Shown: one piece after another, positions 37,596-51,216 of the stretch | Layout of the letters: every line of letters begins with the position of its first letter | Numbering within the stretch: position 1 is the first letter of the stretch | Origin: Xylographa opegraphella | Taxonomy: Eukaryota | DNA: 64,000 nt | Direction of reading: 5' to 3' | Assembly: GCA_022813865.1 (NCBI GenBank) | Contig: JALDZX010000004.1 | Span: 1-64,000 of the forward strand | Notes under the pieces: generated by a model | What the model saw: only the letters and a program-made list of their open reading frames with translations | The model's database searches: none | Told to the model about the DNA's origin: nothing | Position numbers and translations under genes: made by a program

Positions 37596-39169
37596 AATGT
37601 CGTATCTCTCACTGGCAAAAACAAAGTACAATAATGGGTATCAAATGCAAGAGCTAAATGTGCAGCGTGGAAGCGTGAACGACCAAGCCTGGGGATAAAA
37701 AGCTGGTAGGAAGAGATTAATAGCTTAAGTGATGGGAAAAAGCTGATGTGATGGGGGAGTGGATGTGAAAGAAGGATGGAAAATTGGTGGTGATGTAGGA
37801 AAATGGAGGCAGGCTGGGGGGGATACGCTATGTCATACAACACTTACTGGGGCGGGAAGAGGTTTGGAAGCTCTTGCCTGGGGGGGTGGTGAAATTGGGG
37901 TCTGCGCGGTGGGAAGGGAAACCTGATCCAGGGAAGGGGCGCGCCAAACTACGGGGGCCACATTGGAAAAAGAGATTTGTTTTGGAGATTGGGACCTTAC
38001 GTCACATGGCCGGGCCATCCATAAGTAATTTCAGTTGCTCTCCCGGTCTGCGCCAATCAGCGATCGCTGCGATCGTGGTCTCGTGAGTCCCGATCGGGCT
38101 GGGACGACCGGCTAGTCCGGACTTGGCGTGCGAGCCAGCGTCGACGAGGATCACGACGAGGATCAACGTCGTCGCTGCCAACTGGGCACGACATCGACGC
38201 GAAACACCCATGATCCGCCCCTCGAACTGCTGCTGTCTAGTACGGAGTAGTAGGATACGAGGAATCTGCCATCCGTTTGCAAGATTGCGCATATTCAAGG
38301 ACTGGGAGTGCGAGGCCATCTTTTGGCTGGCAGTGACCCACTCGTTCGTACAAGTAACCGCCCAAGCTCTGGCTCCGATGATCAACGGGTTGTCCAGCTC
38401 GACAACAATAATGACGACCGCTTCTCGTGCTTTCTACACACAAGCGTGGCACCTAGCCAAGCTTAATGAAAGGGTGCGCCTCAATCGTCATCATCGCTGC
38501 GATCGTTTCGACGGAAAAGAAAGGGGCTCAACCGCCTGTGCCACGCTGCCAGAGCTTTTCCACCACTGAGTTTGACCCCGACGCCACCGCGCCACAATTC
38601 ATGCGGACCGCAACTCCACACGCTGTCATGGTAGGCCCGCTTACCACCTCATGAACAACGGTGTCTTCGAGTGGCAAAAGTCTGTCGCTCGTAACAGTTG
38701 AGTTTCACAGTTCCTCGCCTGCCTTTTGTAATTACTTTGAGCCCTGGTAACATAGCTCGGATGGGTACCTTTTCGAGGGGCGTAGAAGTTTCGCGCGGTG
38801 ATAAACGAAGACTTGATAGTGACGCTTTCCCAGTTGAAGAGGATCGGACAACCTGCATGCTGGCTGCCCAACACGTTCCCACCGTCAATGAGCAGCTATC
38901 GTATGATTGGTCACCTTCTGTCTAATATGAGTACCGAGGACGGTGTTTTGTCACGTGACTTGGCTCCTGTTTCGCTCCCACCGCCCAACCCCGCCAAGGT
39001 ATCCAAATCCGTCAATGTAGGGCACGGCAGCCTTGATATGAAAGACTCGCATGCGACTTTGACCGCATAGTCGGTGTATGAAGCGTGTCGGTTAGGAGTC
39101 GACATCTGTGTGGTATTATAGGTCGCTCATTTTTTGTTTGCATGTTCCCACTCGCTTTTTCTCTTTGTC

Positions 39170-41721
39170 ATGCCTTCAACCCGAACTTCCAAGAGGCAGA
39201 CGCGTCTCGCATTCACGCCTCTGCCCTCGTCCTCCCCGCAATCGGCTTCACTGCCTTCTCACCTGCAAACCCGTGCTGCCTCTGTTCGCTATGATGATTC
39301 CGCCAGTCCTCTCAAAAGGCGGCGTGTGTTGGATCTAGCTGTTACTTCGACGATCACGACCGTCGTCAGTCCGAGCAGACCTGTCCATTCTACGCAGGAC
39401 TTAGACGTGGCGCATGGTTTAGAGGAAGACTCGATCATGCAGTCTCCATTCAAGCGACCGTGGAGTTCCAACCAAGCGAGCCCGTCGAAAAGGATCAAGC
39501 GTGGCTTACCTACACCCGATCCTTCCTCGCAGCTTCGATTAGAAGCGTCAGGTGGGCAATCTACGAGTATGAAGATCATATGGGTTGGACGCTGACCATC
39601 GATCTAGATTCGGACGGTGAGACCATTTCTTCAGATACAGATTCACACACCATCATTCCCAAAGCTCGCATTGCACAACCAAGCACCCCCCGATCTAAAC
39701 TTCGCAAAGTGAGTAGGGCACAATATGGAAATGGAACTAATGCTATAATCGAAGATGACGGAAACGATGTACTGTCCAAGCGCACCAAGCGGTTCCAGGC
39801 TAAGAAACCTGTGGTACTGAGCAGCGATGAGGATGTGGACGATGGGGCGGTCCCAATCACGAGCTCGCATCAGCGACGTCTACGCTCGAGGGACGCTGGA
39901 GAAAGTCCTCCCATAGCGGGTCAGAGTAGGCATCCTCTTTCATCTCGTATCAATCCTCGTTCTCTCTTCTCCGCTGGACATTCTGAATCCACGCCCACTG
40001 TGAGCTCATGCGGACGCATAGACTTATCTTCGACAAAGTCGAGGAATCGTGAACGCGTCCTGAGGACTGATCGAACGTCCTCGGGTAAAGATCGGTCAAT
40101 AGAACGAAGCTCTGCAGAAAGTGCTTTGAAACAGGAACTGTCAGATTCCGATTTAACATTAACAGCTGACGCAACATTGTTAATACCCACAGCTGTAAAG
40201 TCGCAGGCAGCGAAGGTTATGTCCGATGACGAAAGCGATTTTGTCGTTACAGCTCATCGAAGTGGCAGAGCCAATGGGCCTCGTTCCATGGCAATTTCTA
40301 TCGATCAAGAGACTGAGGAATCCGAGGATATTATCAATACACCTTCCAAGAGGAAACGTCTTACACGCCATATTGAGCAGTCGGGAAGTAAAGCAACTCC
40401 ACGAAAACAAGATGATGAAGATCTAGAGGAAGATCTTGAAGTTCTACAGGATACTGGTAAGTATCGAGCGCTGTCACTGAAGTTTCCTCGCTGCTAACCC
40501 CCATTTTCAGAGCTTATAACGGAGCGAACTCGTGGTAAAGCAGCCCCTTCGAAGCGGGATGCTGCGCTCGAGAAGCTTAAAGCTCGCCGACTCGGGCAAA
40601 AAGTAATCGAACTCTCCTCCGACTCTGAGGCGCCGACAGGGCCAAGAGGTGGACCAAACGACCACGGCTCTATCAGTGAGGCTGAATCGCAAGAAAACGC
40701 AGATCGAGATGAAGATGAAGAGTGGAGGAATGAAGCCATTCGTCAAAGCCTCAGAGACGACGAAGGTGAGTACGACGCAGATTTTGTGGACGATGAAGGC
40801 GAAGATGCCCTTGGTGCCCCCGGTGCTCTGGAAGATATTCCCCTAGAATTCACGCGGCATGCCCACAAGAAAACCAAGGAGCACTTTAAAGATGTAGTAG
40901 AATGGATGGTTCATAAAAAGCTCAATCCTGCCTTTCCTCGAGATGACGCTGTGTATCAAGTAGGTTTCCACAAGCTCGACGATGAGGTAAGGGGATATGC
41001 TGGGTCGAAGTTTTTGTCAGCTGCATGGATGGGCGACTTTGCGCAAGCTATTAAAGCAAGACCACAATATTCTGACGTTCCGGTTCCTGATAAAATAATC
41101 GGAGGACTACACCACTGTGAAGCATGTAACCGAAGAAACCATCCAGCAAGGTTTATCATTACTTTTGGCGGGAAAGCTTACTACAAAGAAACCCTGGAAG
41201 ACGTTTCCGAGGACGAGGAAGCGGAAGAGGACAATTCAGATGATGAAGAAAGTGGAAGCCGCAACGCCGAGGGCTTTGTGCTTCCTAGTGTTGATAAGCA
41301 ATATTATGTTGGCAGGTCTGTTGTACACTTTCCGCAGGCGCACCGTAGGTGTATATCAAAGCCTCCTGGTTACTAATATCAGTGCAGATACTGCAAGGAA
41401 AAGGCGGAGATCGCCCACACGCTACTGCACTGGCGGTACCATCTCAACGATTGGATACTCGATTGGCTGAAAAACGAGGGCTACGAAACTCCCGAGAAGG
41501 TCGTCGAACGTGACAGATGGAGCATCAAAAAGCGCAGCGACTATGCGAACAAGGTGGTCGATGACATGGAGGCGAAAGGAGAGATCAAGGCTTTGTATCG
41601 CGACTTCAAAGCGAACCTCGACAGCGCACGCAATTACCAGGTAGGTTCTGATACTGCTGGGTCTTTGGGTTCCTGCGCTGACTCTCGTCTCTAGCCGGAT
41701 TATTACAGGTCGAGGGGCTGA
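39170..41721 (+). CDS. DUF4211-domain protein with long low-complexity N-terminus
   Basis: MPSTRTSKRQTRLAFTPL start; conserved block DIPLEFTRHAHKKTKEHFKDVVEWMVHKKLNPAF, KFLSAAW, CEACNRRNHPA, VGRYC...AHTLLHWRYHLNDW; four introns. Confidence 0.78.
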
Positions 41722-42373
41722 TGGGTGATCCATACGACATCCATACCACAAATACTTGCGTGACGGTCATCGGATTCGACCAAAGCACTGGATAATGGCC
41801 TACCTCCTCATTTGTTGGATATTCTCAGATATGTCGAGTTTTGGGCAGGGCATCTTGATTGCATATCGAGACATTTTGGTAACGTCGGGGAGGGCCGCGA
41901 TCCATTCTTGCAGCTTGTCTACTCGGTGCACTTTTTCGGGACGTCAGTATCTCGAGGCCCGTGGCGTTTAAGCTTTTCTTCCAGCACCTTTCTCTATTTC
42001 ACATCTTCCGGCAACTTTGCCATTTTCTCCTTAACGACTGCACGAGAAACCCGCAGGCGATGCACACTATTACTAGTCTAGAATATGATTGGATTATAGA
42101 GGACTACGAACCTGCCCTAAGGGCATTAAATATCCACCACCACCACCAGCCTACCTTACCCTATCGATCTGGCCATCCTGCCAGGCTCTCATAGCCCTAC
42201 CTGCCTCCAAAGCACCTCGCTCCTGCATTCCCGCCACCGCGCTTACCATCCCCAGCCCCTCTGCCCCCGTCTATCTTCCCATACCCTCCGCCCCATATCC
42301 CGCTCCTCGCACCTCGCCCACCATATAGCTGCACGACCCTTAAGCTCACAGCTTCTTCGCCACGGAGTATCGC

Positions 42374-42443
42374 GCTCGTAAACATCCCTGTTAGTATACG
42401 TGTACTGCTCGTAAACCACTGTTAGTATACGTGTACTGCTCGT
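42374..42443. repeat. Short tandem duplication, about 31-33 bp x 2.2
   Basis: GCTCGTAAAC(ATCC/CA)CTGTTAGTATACGTGTACT twice, followed by GCTCGT. Confidence 0.9.
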
Positions 42444-42957
42444 TGTGTGTGAAGGGATGTAGGCTGGGGTATGGGGAGGCGGACTTGGGGGGTGGAGATG
42501 TGGTGCACGATGGGTGGGTGGGTGGGTGAGGATCTATCGGGGGGGGGGTGGGATTTATATCGATGGACGCGGATGGGATGTGATGCGATTTAAGGATGCG
42601 TGCGCATGCAAGGGAGGAGTGAGAGCGGTAGCTTCGGGCGTAGTATCTCATTCGTTCCGGAATCCACAGACTTGAGGTCAGAAGATTTAGGAGTGCGGTT
42701 GGCGGTAGGTAGATTATCAGCTACTATCTCTATTCCCAGGCAAGGCGATGGCTGAGCGGTGGACGACGGGAAGGACGTAGCCGCTACGTTAAGGTAGTCG
42801 ATATACAGCACACGATACCCATGTAGCGGAAACCTTATCATAACAGACACCCAGGCAGCAGGAAGCAGAGCATGATGGAATACAATTCCAAGCCATCCCT
42901 ACCACCACCTTCTAGCGCTAAGAGCGTTCTCCACATTCCCTTGCGCAGAATCAAAAA

Positions 42958-44742
42958 TCAATACACGCTCCCCTTGCGCTCGACGTCCATGATGACCTTC
43001 TCGTCGAGCCGGGCCTGGCCGGCGGCGAGCTGGGAGGCGAACGTCTCGTGCGGCACCCACTTGGCGGACGTGCGCGGCGTGGTCTCCTCCATCATCTTGT
43101 CGACCTGCTCGAGCGAGAGGCCCTTGGTCTCCGGGATGAGGAAGTAGGCGTACACGAAGGCGGTCGTGCACAGGCCGCCCCACACGAAGAAGACGGACGA
43201 TTGCAGGTTGCCCTCACCTTGGCCGACCATGTAGGGCGTGATGACGGCGATGATCTAGGGGGTTGTTAGTTTCAGCTTTTGGGGAGGGGGGCTTTTGGGG
43301 AAAATGCCCTTGTGAAGGGGGCAGGAGGGTGAGAACGTACGGTATTCCAGAGCCAGTTGGAGGCGGTGGAAAGGGCTACACCTCGGGATCGAATGGGGAG
43401 AGGGAAGATCTCGCCAATAACGATCCACGCGCCAGGACCCCAAGAGGCTGCGAAGAAGAAGATGTAGATGGCTATAAAGGCGATTTGGGCGTTCACGGCA
43501 CCGGTGTTGTCGGCAACGGAGGTGGCGGTCGCGCCAGTGCCGACGGTGTGGGTCTTGTTGAAGCCCACCGTGACGCCGACGATAGCGATGATGAACTGGC
43601 AGCTCAGCATACCGAAGGCCCCCCAAATCAAGAGCACGCGGCGACCGAATTTCTCCATCGTGTAAAAGGAAATCGGCGTGCAGACGGTATCGATCAGGTT
43701 GAATATCAAGGAGATCAAGAAGGTGTTCGAGATAGCGCCGGTGGACTGCAGGAATGGTGTCGAGTAGTAGAAAATAAAGTTGATGCCCGTCCACTGTTGC
43801 ATCATCTGGAGAGACGTTCCGAGGATGGTCTTCCGCAGGTTCGAGTTGGATTTCCACAGAGAGCCTTTGAAGCAGTTGGCCCAGCCAGACACCCAGCCGC
43901 TACTAGGTATCAAAGCACGTTCGTACTCCTCATTCGCGATAATCTCGGACAATTCAGCCTCGATGTATTCCGAGGTTCCCGGTTGGCCCCGCAGACGCGA
44001 AAGCGATGCACGAGCCTTCTCGATCTTGCCACGCTTGACAAAATATCGAGGAGATTCTGGTAGGAAGAAGAGGCCAACACCAAGGACGAGGCCGAACAGA
44101 AATTGGATACCGATGGGGATCCGGTAAGAGCCCGTGTCAGGGCGATTCTCCGTGAAATAGTCGACAATCGAGGCAAGTAGAAGACCGATGGTGATTGCGA
44201 ATTGGTAACCAGCAACGAGCGCCCCCCTCACCTTTCTCGGACACTTTTTTATATTAGCCGCTTGCTCGAACGATTCTCAACTGCTCCGTCGTTCCACTCA
44301 CAATCTCCGACATGTACAAGATCACAATTGCGGACTCAAACCCGACCCCGAGACCGGCAATCAGACGGCCGGCCACGAGAAGGCCAAGGCCATGGGAGGC
44401 CACCTGAAGAATGACGCCTATAATATAGATGAGACAGCCAAGGATGATGGTAAGGCGACGTCCGATCAGCTCCGCGCAGTCTCCAGCGATGAGAGCCCCG
44501 AAGAATGTACCGGCAGACAAGATGGAGACAATGAGCGACTGATGAGGTCCAGTGAGCGCCCCTGCGCCAGGGCCTTCGATGATCTCAATGAACACCTTGG
44601 AGCCCAAGACTCCGTTCACGTACCCCGAATCGTACCCAAAAAAGATGCCACCAAAAGAAGCAAATGCACAGATCAAATACGCCTTCCAAGTCACCGGCGC
44701 CTCGATGGCGTTGACATCCCTGGCGGTCGCGAGCGTAGCCAT
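42958..44742 (-). CDS. MFS sugar porter, high-affinity hexose transporter type
   Basis: IEAPVTWKAYLICAFASFGGIFFGYDSG, GRLIAGLGVG, LYMSEI, FLPESPRY, QMMQQWTGINFIFYY, WGPGAWIVIGEIFP, IPETKGLSLE; two introns; TATATATA at 44829-44836. Confidence 0.94.
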
Positions 44743-45088
44743 TGCGAACGACAATACAAGAGCGACAATGGAGACGACCTACAAGCGAGACGATGCAAAC
44801 AACGACGCAAGAGAGATAAGGCGAGCGCTATATATACGTGCAGGGAGTCGGTGATGTGGTATTATAGCACAGAGTTACACCTACCTTACCTTTGGAGCAC
44901 CAAGCTCTCCAGGGACTTTGGCCCGTTGCCATATTACCCGGAGCATCATTAGGCTAAATCGGCTTGCAGCATGCCCGCCACGCGATCTCGGGGGTTGAAA
45001 TGCGGGATAGGGACGACGACTGGGTGGATGGTGATGGTCAAGGTGTGGGAAGGAAGGGCATCAAGACTGGCCAAGTACTGTGGTGATC

Positions 45089-45105
45089 GTGGGGACTCTG
45101 TGGGG
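45089..45105 (+). promoter_or_regulatory. Paired CreA/Mig1-type SYGGRG sites upstream of the hexose transporter
   Basis: GTGGGG at 45089-45094 and 45100-45105, about 350 bp upstream of the transporter ATG. The motif is short and may occur by chance. Confidence 0.3.
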
Positions 45106-47383
45106 AGACGAATCGGAAGGCTTTGCTGCTTCTTAGCGGCCGGCTAGGCAGGTCCCAGAAGCTGGCAGAGATTTTATCCAGAAAGTTCAATGACATCAAC
45201 AGCGGACCGTGCCTTATTGCGTAGCCTCGGAGGTAGAAAGGCTTGGCCGAAGTTACTGTTAGCCGACTCCGTACTCGTGGGACTACTGCGTTGAACTTGC
45301 AAGCATCAACGATATTCTGGAAGAGCTTTGATGTGGAAGATTCGTAATATTGGTCACTTCGAAAGTCTCGCACGCTGACATCAGGCCGGTTGCCGCATTC
45401 GGATGCTATATACGAGTAACCATGCTGGTACTCCGTAGTGCTTTTCGGAAACCACGGTTCGACGATCGATGAGATATACTAGAAGCCGCGCGGTGCCGGA
45501 AACGAGATGACTGCGAGTTGGAAGGTGGGGATCGTACTCGGTACATGTGATACCGACTGACTTACAGTATGTCTCTGATATATGTCTCCTTGCTCGGGAT
45601 CTGGGAGGTGTCTGCCCAAATTGATGGGCGGGAAGATGTGTTTGTAGTGTAGGGCCATGAATTGCTGGTCAAGGACCCGCGTAACTCTACCGAAGGGCAA
45701 GCATCAGGCCATTCCGGGGAATCCGGGGGAAAGGACGATCGGTGAGCTTGATATCCCCGTTCTCTGCCTGCCACCTTTTCCCTTTCCCGACGATCGTGAT
45801 CAAGGGGTTTGGAGTAGTATCATAGCGACGCTTCGCACCCCCAGGGTGCCGGCTGGCTGTGGTTATGGCACTCTTGGTGAGTCAGTGGTTAGCGTACAGT
45901 CCAGGAGAGTAGTCCTGCGATGGAGTATAAAGCATGGGGAAGGGAAGGCTTGAGCCAGTTCGTGGATCGTGGTGACGCTTCGAAGGCACCGTTTGAGAAT
46001 GGCAGAGATATGAATCAACTCGATCCTATCTGCAGAAAGCTGATAACCCAAAGAGTCTTATACTACTGTGATACCAAGTCCCCACGGATGAATTCTGACC
46101 TTCTTCTAGGTAGCCAAGTGACGTGGTCATCCCACCGAGTACACAGTAGGACGAGTAAACGGGAGGACCGATCCCTCACATCTCGGCACGTCGGCGGCTT
46201 CAGACCTTGGCAGCAGCCCGTGCAGAGTTTCTTCGGCCCTTCATCCGGAGCTGCGAAGTGCCATCAAATGGCCCGAGGGCCAGCCGATGCCTGTTTTCCT
46301 GCCGATTGCTTCTCGGTCTAGTCTAGGACTAGCCTAGCCTAGCGGTCTTGCCAAAACGACACTCACCCAAACGTCCTTGGAATCCTTCCACAAGATACAC
46401 TCGAACCCATCACGGTCTTCGCAGTGCAAAGATGTTCACTACCATCTCACGGCTCTTGCCCATATTGTGTTTTTGACTTGGTGATCGGTGCGACAGTAGC
46501 TTTCCAAATGTCATCGCTTACTCTGTGTGACTCCGTAGACGCTTCACCGCCTCGAATCTCAGACCTCAACTCGCCTTTCAATTCGGCCGCCAGGCCAACC
46601 AGTTGGTCACCGTACTTCTATCAACCGCAGCATACTCCCAAATGTCTCTTACGCGTATCCCTCCACTGCTCGGTGTCGAGACGTTGACGAATTCCGATTG
46701 GATTGGCGCTTGATATTTCGTGTGCTTATATCAGCGCCAGTACTGATTAGCACCATGTGTCAGCCTTCAGCATCCTTCGTACACATACCTTGAACTCTTT
46801 CATTGCTCAAGCACTGTCACTCGAGCAACTAGCGAGTTTTCATTCTCAATCCCGAACCTACAGCTGGCATATGATACGGCTGACTCGACGACGCATGAAA
46901 TCCTCCACATGCCAGTCACATGTAAGGCTCCTGTTGAATCCGTCGTCCTATCATCTGTATGACAACAGTGTGATGGCGAAGTCGTTACTTCATCGTCTCA
47001 TTGTGTTCTGCACGAAAAATCACTCGTTCACGCACCATTGGTCATGAATGTACAATCTCCAATTTAAACGTCCCTGGCGAGCACGTTTCCCAGCATTTCA
47101 TATGGGCATTTTCCTACCGGCGTTGCATTGAAAGGAATCCATCCTGTTTGTATGGGGCTACTTCGATATCAGCCGATAAAATCCTTCTTGCTTTGCCGTT
47201 CAGCTTCCTCAATGCCTGCAGTCAGCTTCATTATGACCACCCTGCGCTTGACACTATCCAGGGATACCTGCGGCACCGATTCCTCGGGTTCTCGCTGGTT
47301 TCTATATAGTCCCGCAAGTACTTGAATTGTAGAACCTCGTCTCGCTCAATCGTGCTCACCCACTTTTCCAAGCCTTATTCAGT

Positions 47384-49360
47384 ATGCAGCTTTTCAAGGT
47401 AATCTGGACTTTCGTTATTACAATTGCAGACTACCCAGCCAGACTGGGCAGTCAATTGTCCTCAAGCTACTCCTATGCTACCGCACCGGCGGCTCTGAAA
47501 GACCAGTTCACGCTGCCTCCTCCCAATAAGAATGATCAAGATTGCGTCAATTCTCCTCAGCGACGAGACTGCTGGCACGGCGGATATAACATTCACACTG
47601 ATTATGAGAAGCATGTGCCAAACACTGGTGTGACAAGGAAAGTGAGTATTGGAGAAACTCAACGACAAAGGTTTGTGATTGCTTATCCCTGTAGTATACA
47701 CTGGTCATCACAAACGCTCCATGGTCTGGCGATGGCTATACCGAAGCATCTATGCTGATCAATGGATCTTACCCGGGTCCTGTTATCGAAGCAGACTGGG
47801 GAGATGAACTCGAAGTCACAGTCCATAATCAATTGACGAACTCAAATGGGACTTCTATTCATTGGCATGGAATTCGCCAGCTATACACAAATTATGTGGA
47901 TGGTGTAGCAGGTGTCACTCAATGCCCTATCGCTCCCAATGGAAGTATGGTCTACAACTGGAGGGCATCCCAATATGGAACTAGCTGGTATCACAGTCAC
48001 TTCAGTCTTCAGTATCCTGATGGCATTGCTGGCCCAATAGTAATTCACGGTCCAACCTCTGCAAATTACGACACCGATCTCGGGCCTCTTTTGATTACAG
48101 ATTGGTATCATCGAGACGCGTTTTCACTCGAGTATGAGGAGCTTAGTGGTCGTGCTGTCCAAGGACCCGATTCAAAGCTCATGAATGGAACTTATGGCCA
48201 TTTCAAGTGTCTTGCTGGCGATCCGAATTGCGATCCGCAAGCTGCATCCACATACCAGGTCACCTTCCAGAAGGGAAAGACATATAAGTGGGGTGTCGTG
48301 AATACATCATCTGGAACACTTTATACTTTCTGGATTGATGGTCACAATTTTACTGTGGTTGAAGCAGATCTTGTGCCCATTCAGCCATATGAGACAAATG
48401 TTCTGAACATCGCCATAGGTAGGCTGATTCATGACAAGGTCCAATGAAGGAACTGACGGTACTCAAATAGGACAACGATACGAGATCATCGTGGATGCTA
48501 ATGCCAATACTACCGATCACTCTGATTTCTGGATTAACATGCGCGACTGTTCTTTGACCTCTCAGCAAGACTCCCCTTATGTTGGGATCATAAGATACAA
48601 TTCGACGTCCACCGTCGACCCGCCCCTTTTCGAACTGGACCCGGGCTCGAACAATTGTGCTGACGAGCCGCTTACGTCTCTCGTCCCTATCGTCCCCCGC
48701 AACCCGACCAAGGTCCCCGCATTCGTCGGCGATGACTCCTTCTACGTGTCCAACTACAACCTCACTAGAGATGGCCAGAACGTTTTCAACTGGGAACTCA
48801 CCAACAGCTCCCTTTACATCAACTGGTCCATGCCGGGTCTTTCCTATGCGGCCCCGATTCTGGCTCGTGAGCACAAGGAGACCTTCCCCATCTCGTATGC
48901 CCCCGTCTTCATCGACGGCACCGACGACGATTGGGTCTATTTCGTCATCGAGGGCATCTTCCCGCTCAGCGATACCCCGCACGGCCGCCCCATCCCTGCC
49001 GCCCACCCCATCCACCTTCACGGGCATGACTTCGTGATCCTCGCCCAGAACAGCACCGCTTTCAACGCGAGCGACTATACCCTCATCACTGAAAACCCTC
49101 CTCGTCGGGACGTCGCCATGCTACCCGTGAACGGGTACCTGATTATCGGATTCCAGACGGACAACCCGGGCACCTGGCTGATGCATTGCCATATCGCCTG
49201 GCACGCAAGCGCGGGGCTGGCGTTGCAATTCGTGGAACGGGCCGCGGACATCGATCAATATCTCGGGCCGCGTGTGGTAGAGGACTATGAAGAGCGGTGC
49301 AACGCGTGGACTGCGTTTTACGATAAAAGCCAGGAGAAGCAGTCGGATTCGGGAATTTGA
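47384..49360 (+). CDS. Ascomycete laccase (multicopper oxidase, AA1)
   Basis: Copper motifs HWHG, WYHSH, HPIHLHGH, HCHIAWHASAGL; N-terminal C..SP..R.CW; C-terminal DSGI plug; introns near 47642-47695 and 48419-48470. Confidence 0.96.
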
Positions 49361-51216
49361 TTGCTGGGCTGAGGGGGGAAGTGGGTAGTTACGGGATAGA
49401 CAAGGGAAATTGCTTGGAAGAGTGAAAGTCTGGGGAAGAAGTTTTGGAGCGTTTGCGACAGTTCCTAGAGTTGTGTCGCTTGGGAGAAGACCGTACTTCG
49501 TATGAATATGATAGAGTTACTTAGGCATGCAAAGACTTAAACGAATAGCGAACAGTGGTCTAGTACAGACAAGGCAACCGCATATAACTACCTACCTACC
49601 TAGTATCGCAAGCTCTATCGTATGCTGCGGCACTCACTTGCTCTCTGGCTACCTCTAAGCTACTGCTACCAGTCGGTATATGCTCATACTCAACAAGGCC
49701 CATCAAATACCCGAAAGACCCATGCTGCGAAAACTCCAAAGCCCGAAACCCCATTCTCCCTGTCTGCTCCACCGAATATACGCTCGACCACCCTACTCAC
49801 CAATAGATAATGTCACTAGTCTTCCAGCGGACGCTCACACCGCCCGATAGCTGGCTCGTGCGTGCGTGCGCGGTAGGCATTGATGTGAGGAGACCCATGA
49901 TGTGTGTGTACACGGCGTGGCACCACCATAGGCGGTGGTTAGGGCTCGATAACGCTATGCGGTGCACTGTGGTAGGCTAGTCTGTTCCCGTGCTGATATG
50001 TGCAGATTCCGATTCTGGAGGGGGTCCGGGAAACGAGGGTATGGAGTATGGCGGTTTGAGGTGGTGGTTGCTGGGGGGGAGGATAGCTGAGCAGTTAGGG
50101 GGCGGAGGCGTAGAACTTTCAAAAGGGATGAGATGGTGAGGAGACTATAGCCCGCTTGCAAAGCTCGTGTTAGATAGAAAAGAGGGCTGCGCAGGGGAGA
50201 GGGGGAGGGTGCTTGCGGTTTTCTCGGTGTCGGCCCCGGGGATAATGGGAGAGCGACGATACCGTAGATGTACGCAGTCGTCTCGTGAGCGGCGACGCCT
50301 TCGTCTTCGTGCTACGAGATAGGGATTTCCGATTCACGTTGCCACGAGGTACTAGGCTTGGGCTGGGTAGGATGCGCGTTGGTGACTTCATCTGGAAGGT
50401 TGAGGTTCCGCGGTCTCGGACGTTCGAAAATACGGAGTTTCGATCGTCCGGAGGGGCGGAGTTAGGGGTTTCGAATACCTGTCCCGGCATGGAGGTGGGT
50501 TCATGTGCAGAAAGGCGATAGGTACGGCTGAGAAGATCGAGAGATGAATGCGGTGAAGGAAAACTGTAAAGGAGAACAGGCTATACGTTGCCGTGGACGG
50601 AATTTACGAACGGTAACCGAGTCCTTCGTCCAATAGGATCGCAGTGTTCTTCTGACCGACATCTTGAGGTTTGCCATTCCCGATCAGCATGGATAAGAAG
50701 AGTGGGTTTTGTATGCAAGTTGAGGCAAGGGTCAAATAGCCACTAGCGAGCCGCTAGCATATCGTCGACAATCAGTATCTTATCGCCGACTTGCAGTTAC
50801 TATGTAGTACCTGAAGCATCGCTGGATTTCTCGTATTTCACGGCTCCTTGTCAACGTTTTGCGTGGCGTCTTGCATTAGCCCAAGAGGCTGAATTTAAGG
50901 TCCGTCGAAAATGGCACTTGGGACGAGATACAGCGATCGCGCCTGGTGCGAAGGGTGAGGTAAGCAGCATTGCATTGCCCTAGGATTTGGAGCTCGCTTC
51001 TAATTCGCGTAATGAAGCATGGTCGGTGGGTATCAATCGTCCAGGGCTTCGTATCTCCATTGCTCATACAGCATTTCAGTACTGGATACGAATGAGATAA
51101 AGCTATGATGGATTGCTTCTGCGAGTCCTCGCCTGCTCATGCGCCATTGCCTCTGAAGCAAACGTCCCTTGGAACAACTATACACAACTCAATCGTGATT
51201 TCGTACCAGCGCTACC

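Noticed and set aside
42374..42443. Direct repeat as a possible CRISPR-like array
   Set aside because: Only two adjacent units, no spacers, eukaryotic context.
16944..49360. Possible secondary-metabolite cluster (methyltransferase, laccase, P450 relic, transporter)
   Set aside because: No PKS, NRPS or terpene synthase in the window, and the genes are dispersed among core housekeeping loci.
50170..50490. 106-aa minus-strand Ser/Arg-rich ORF
   Set aside because: Low complexity, overlaps a skewed island, no motif support.
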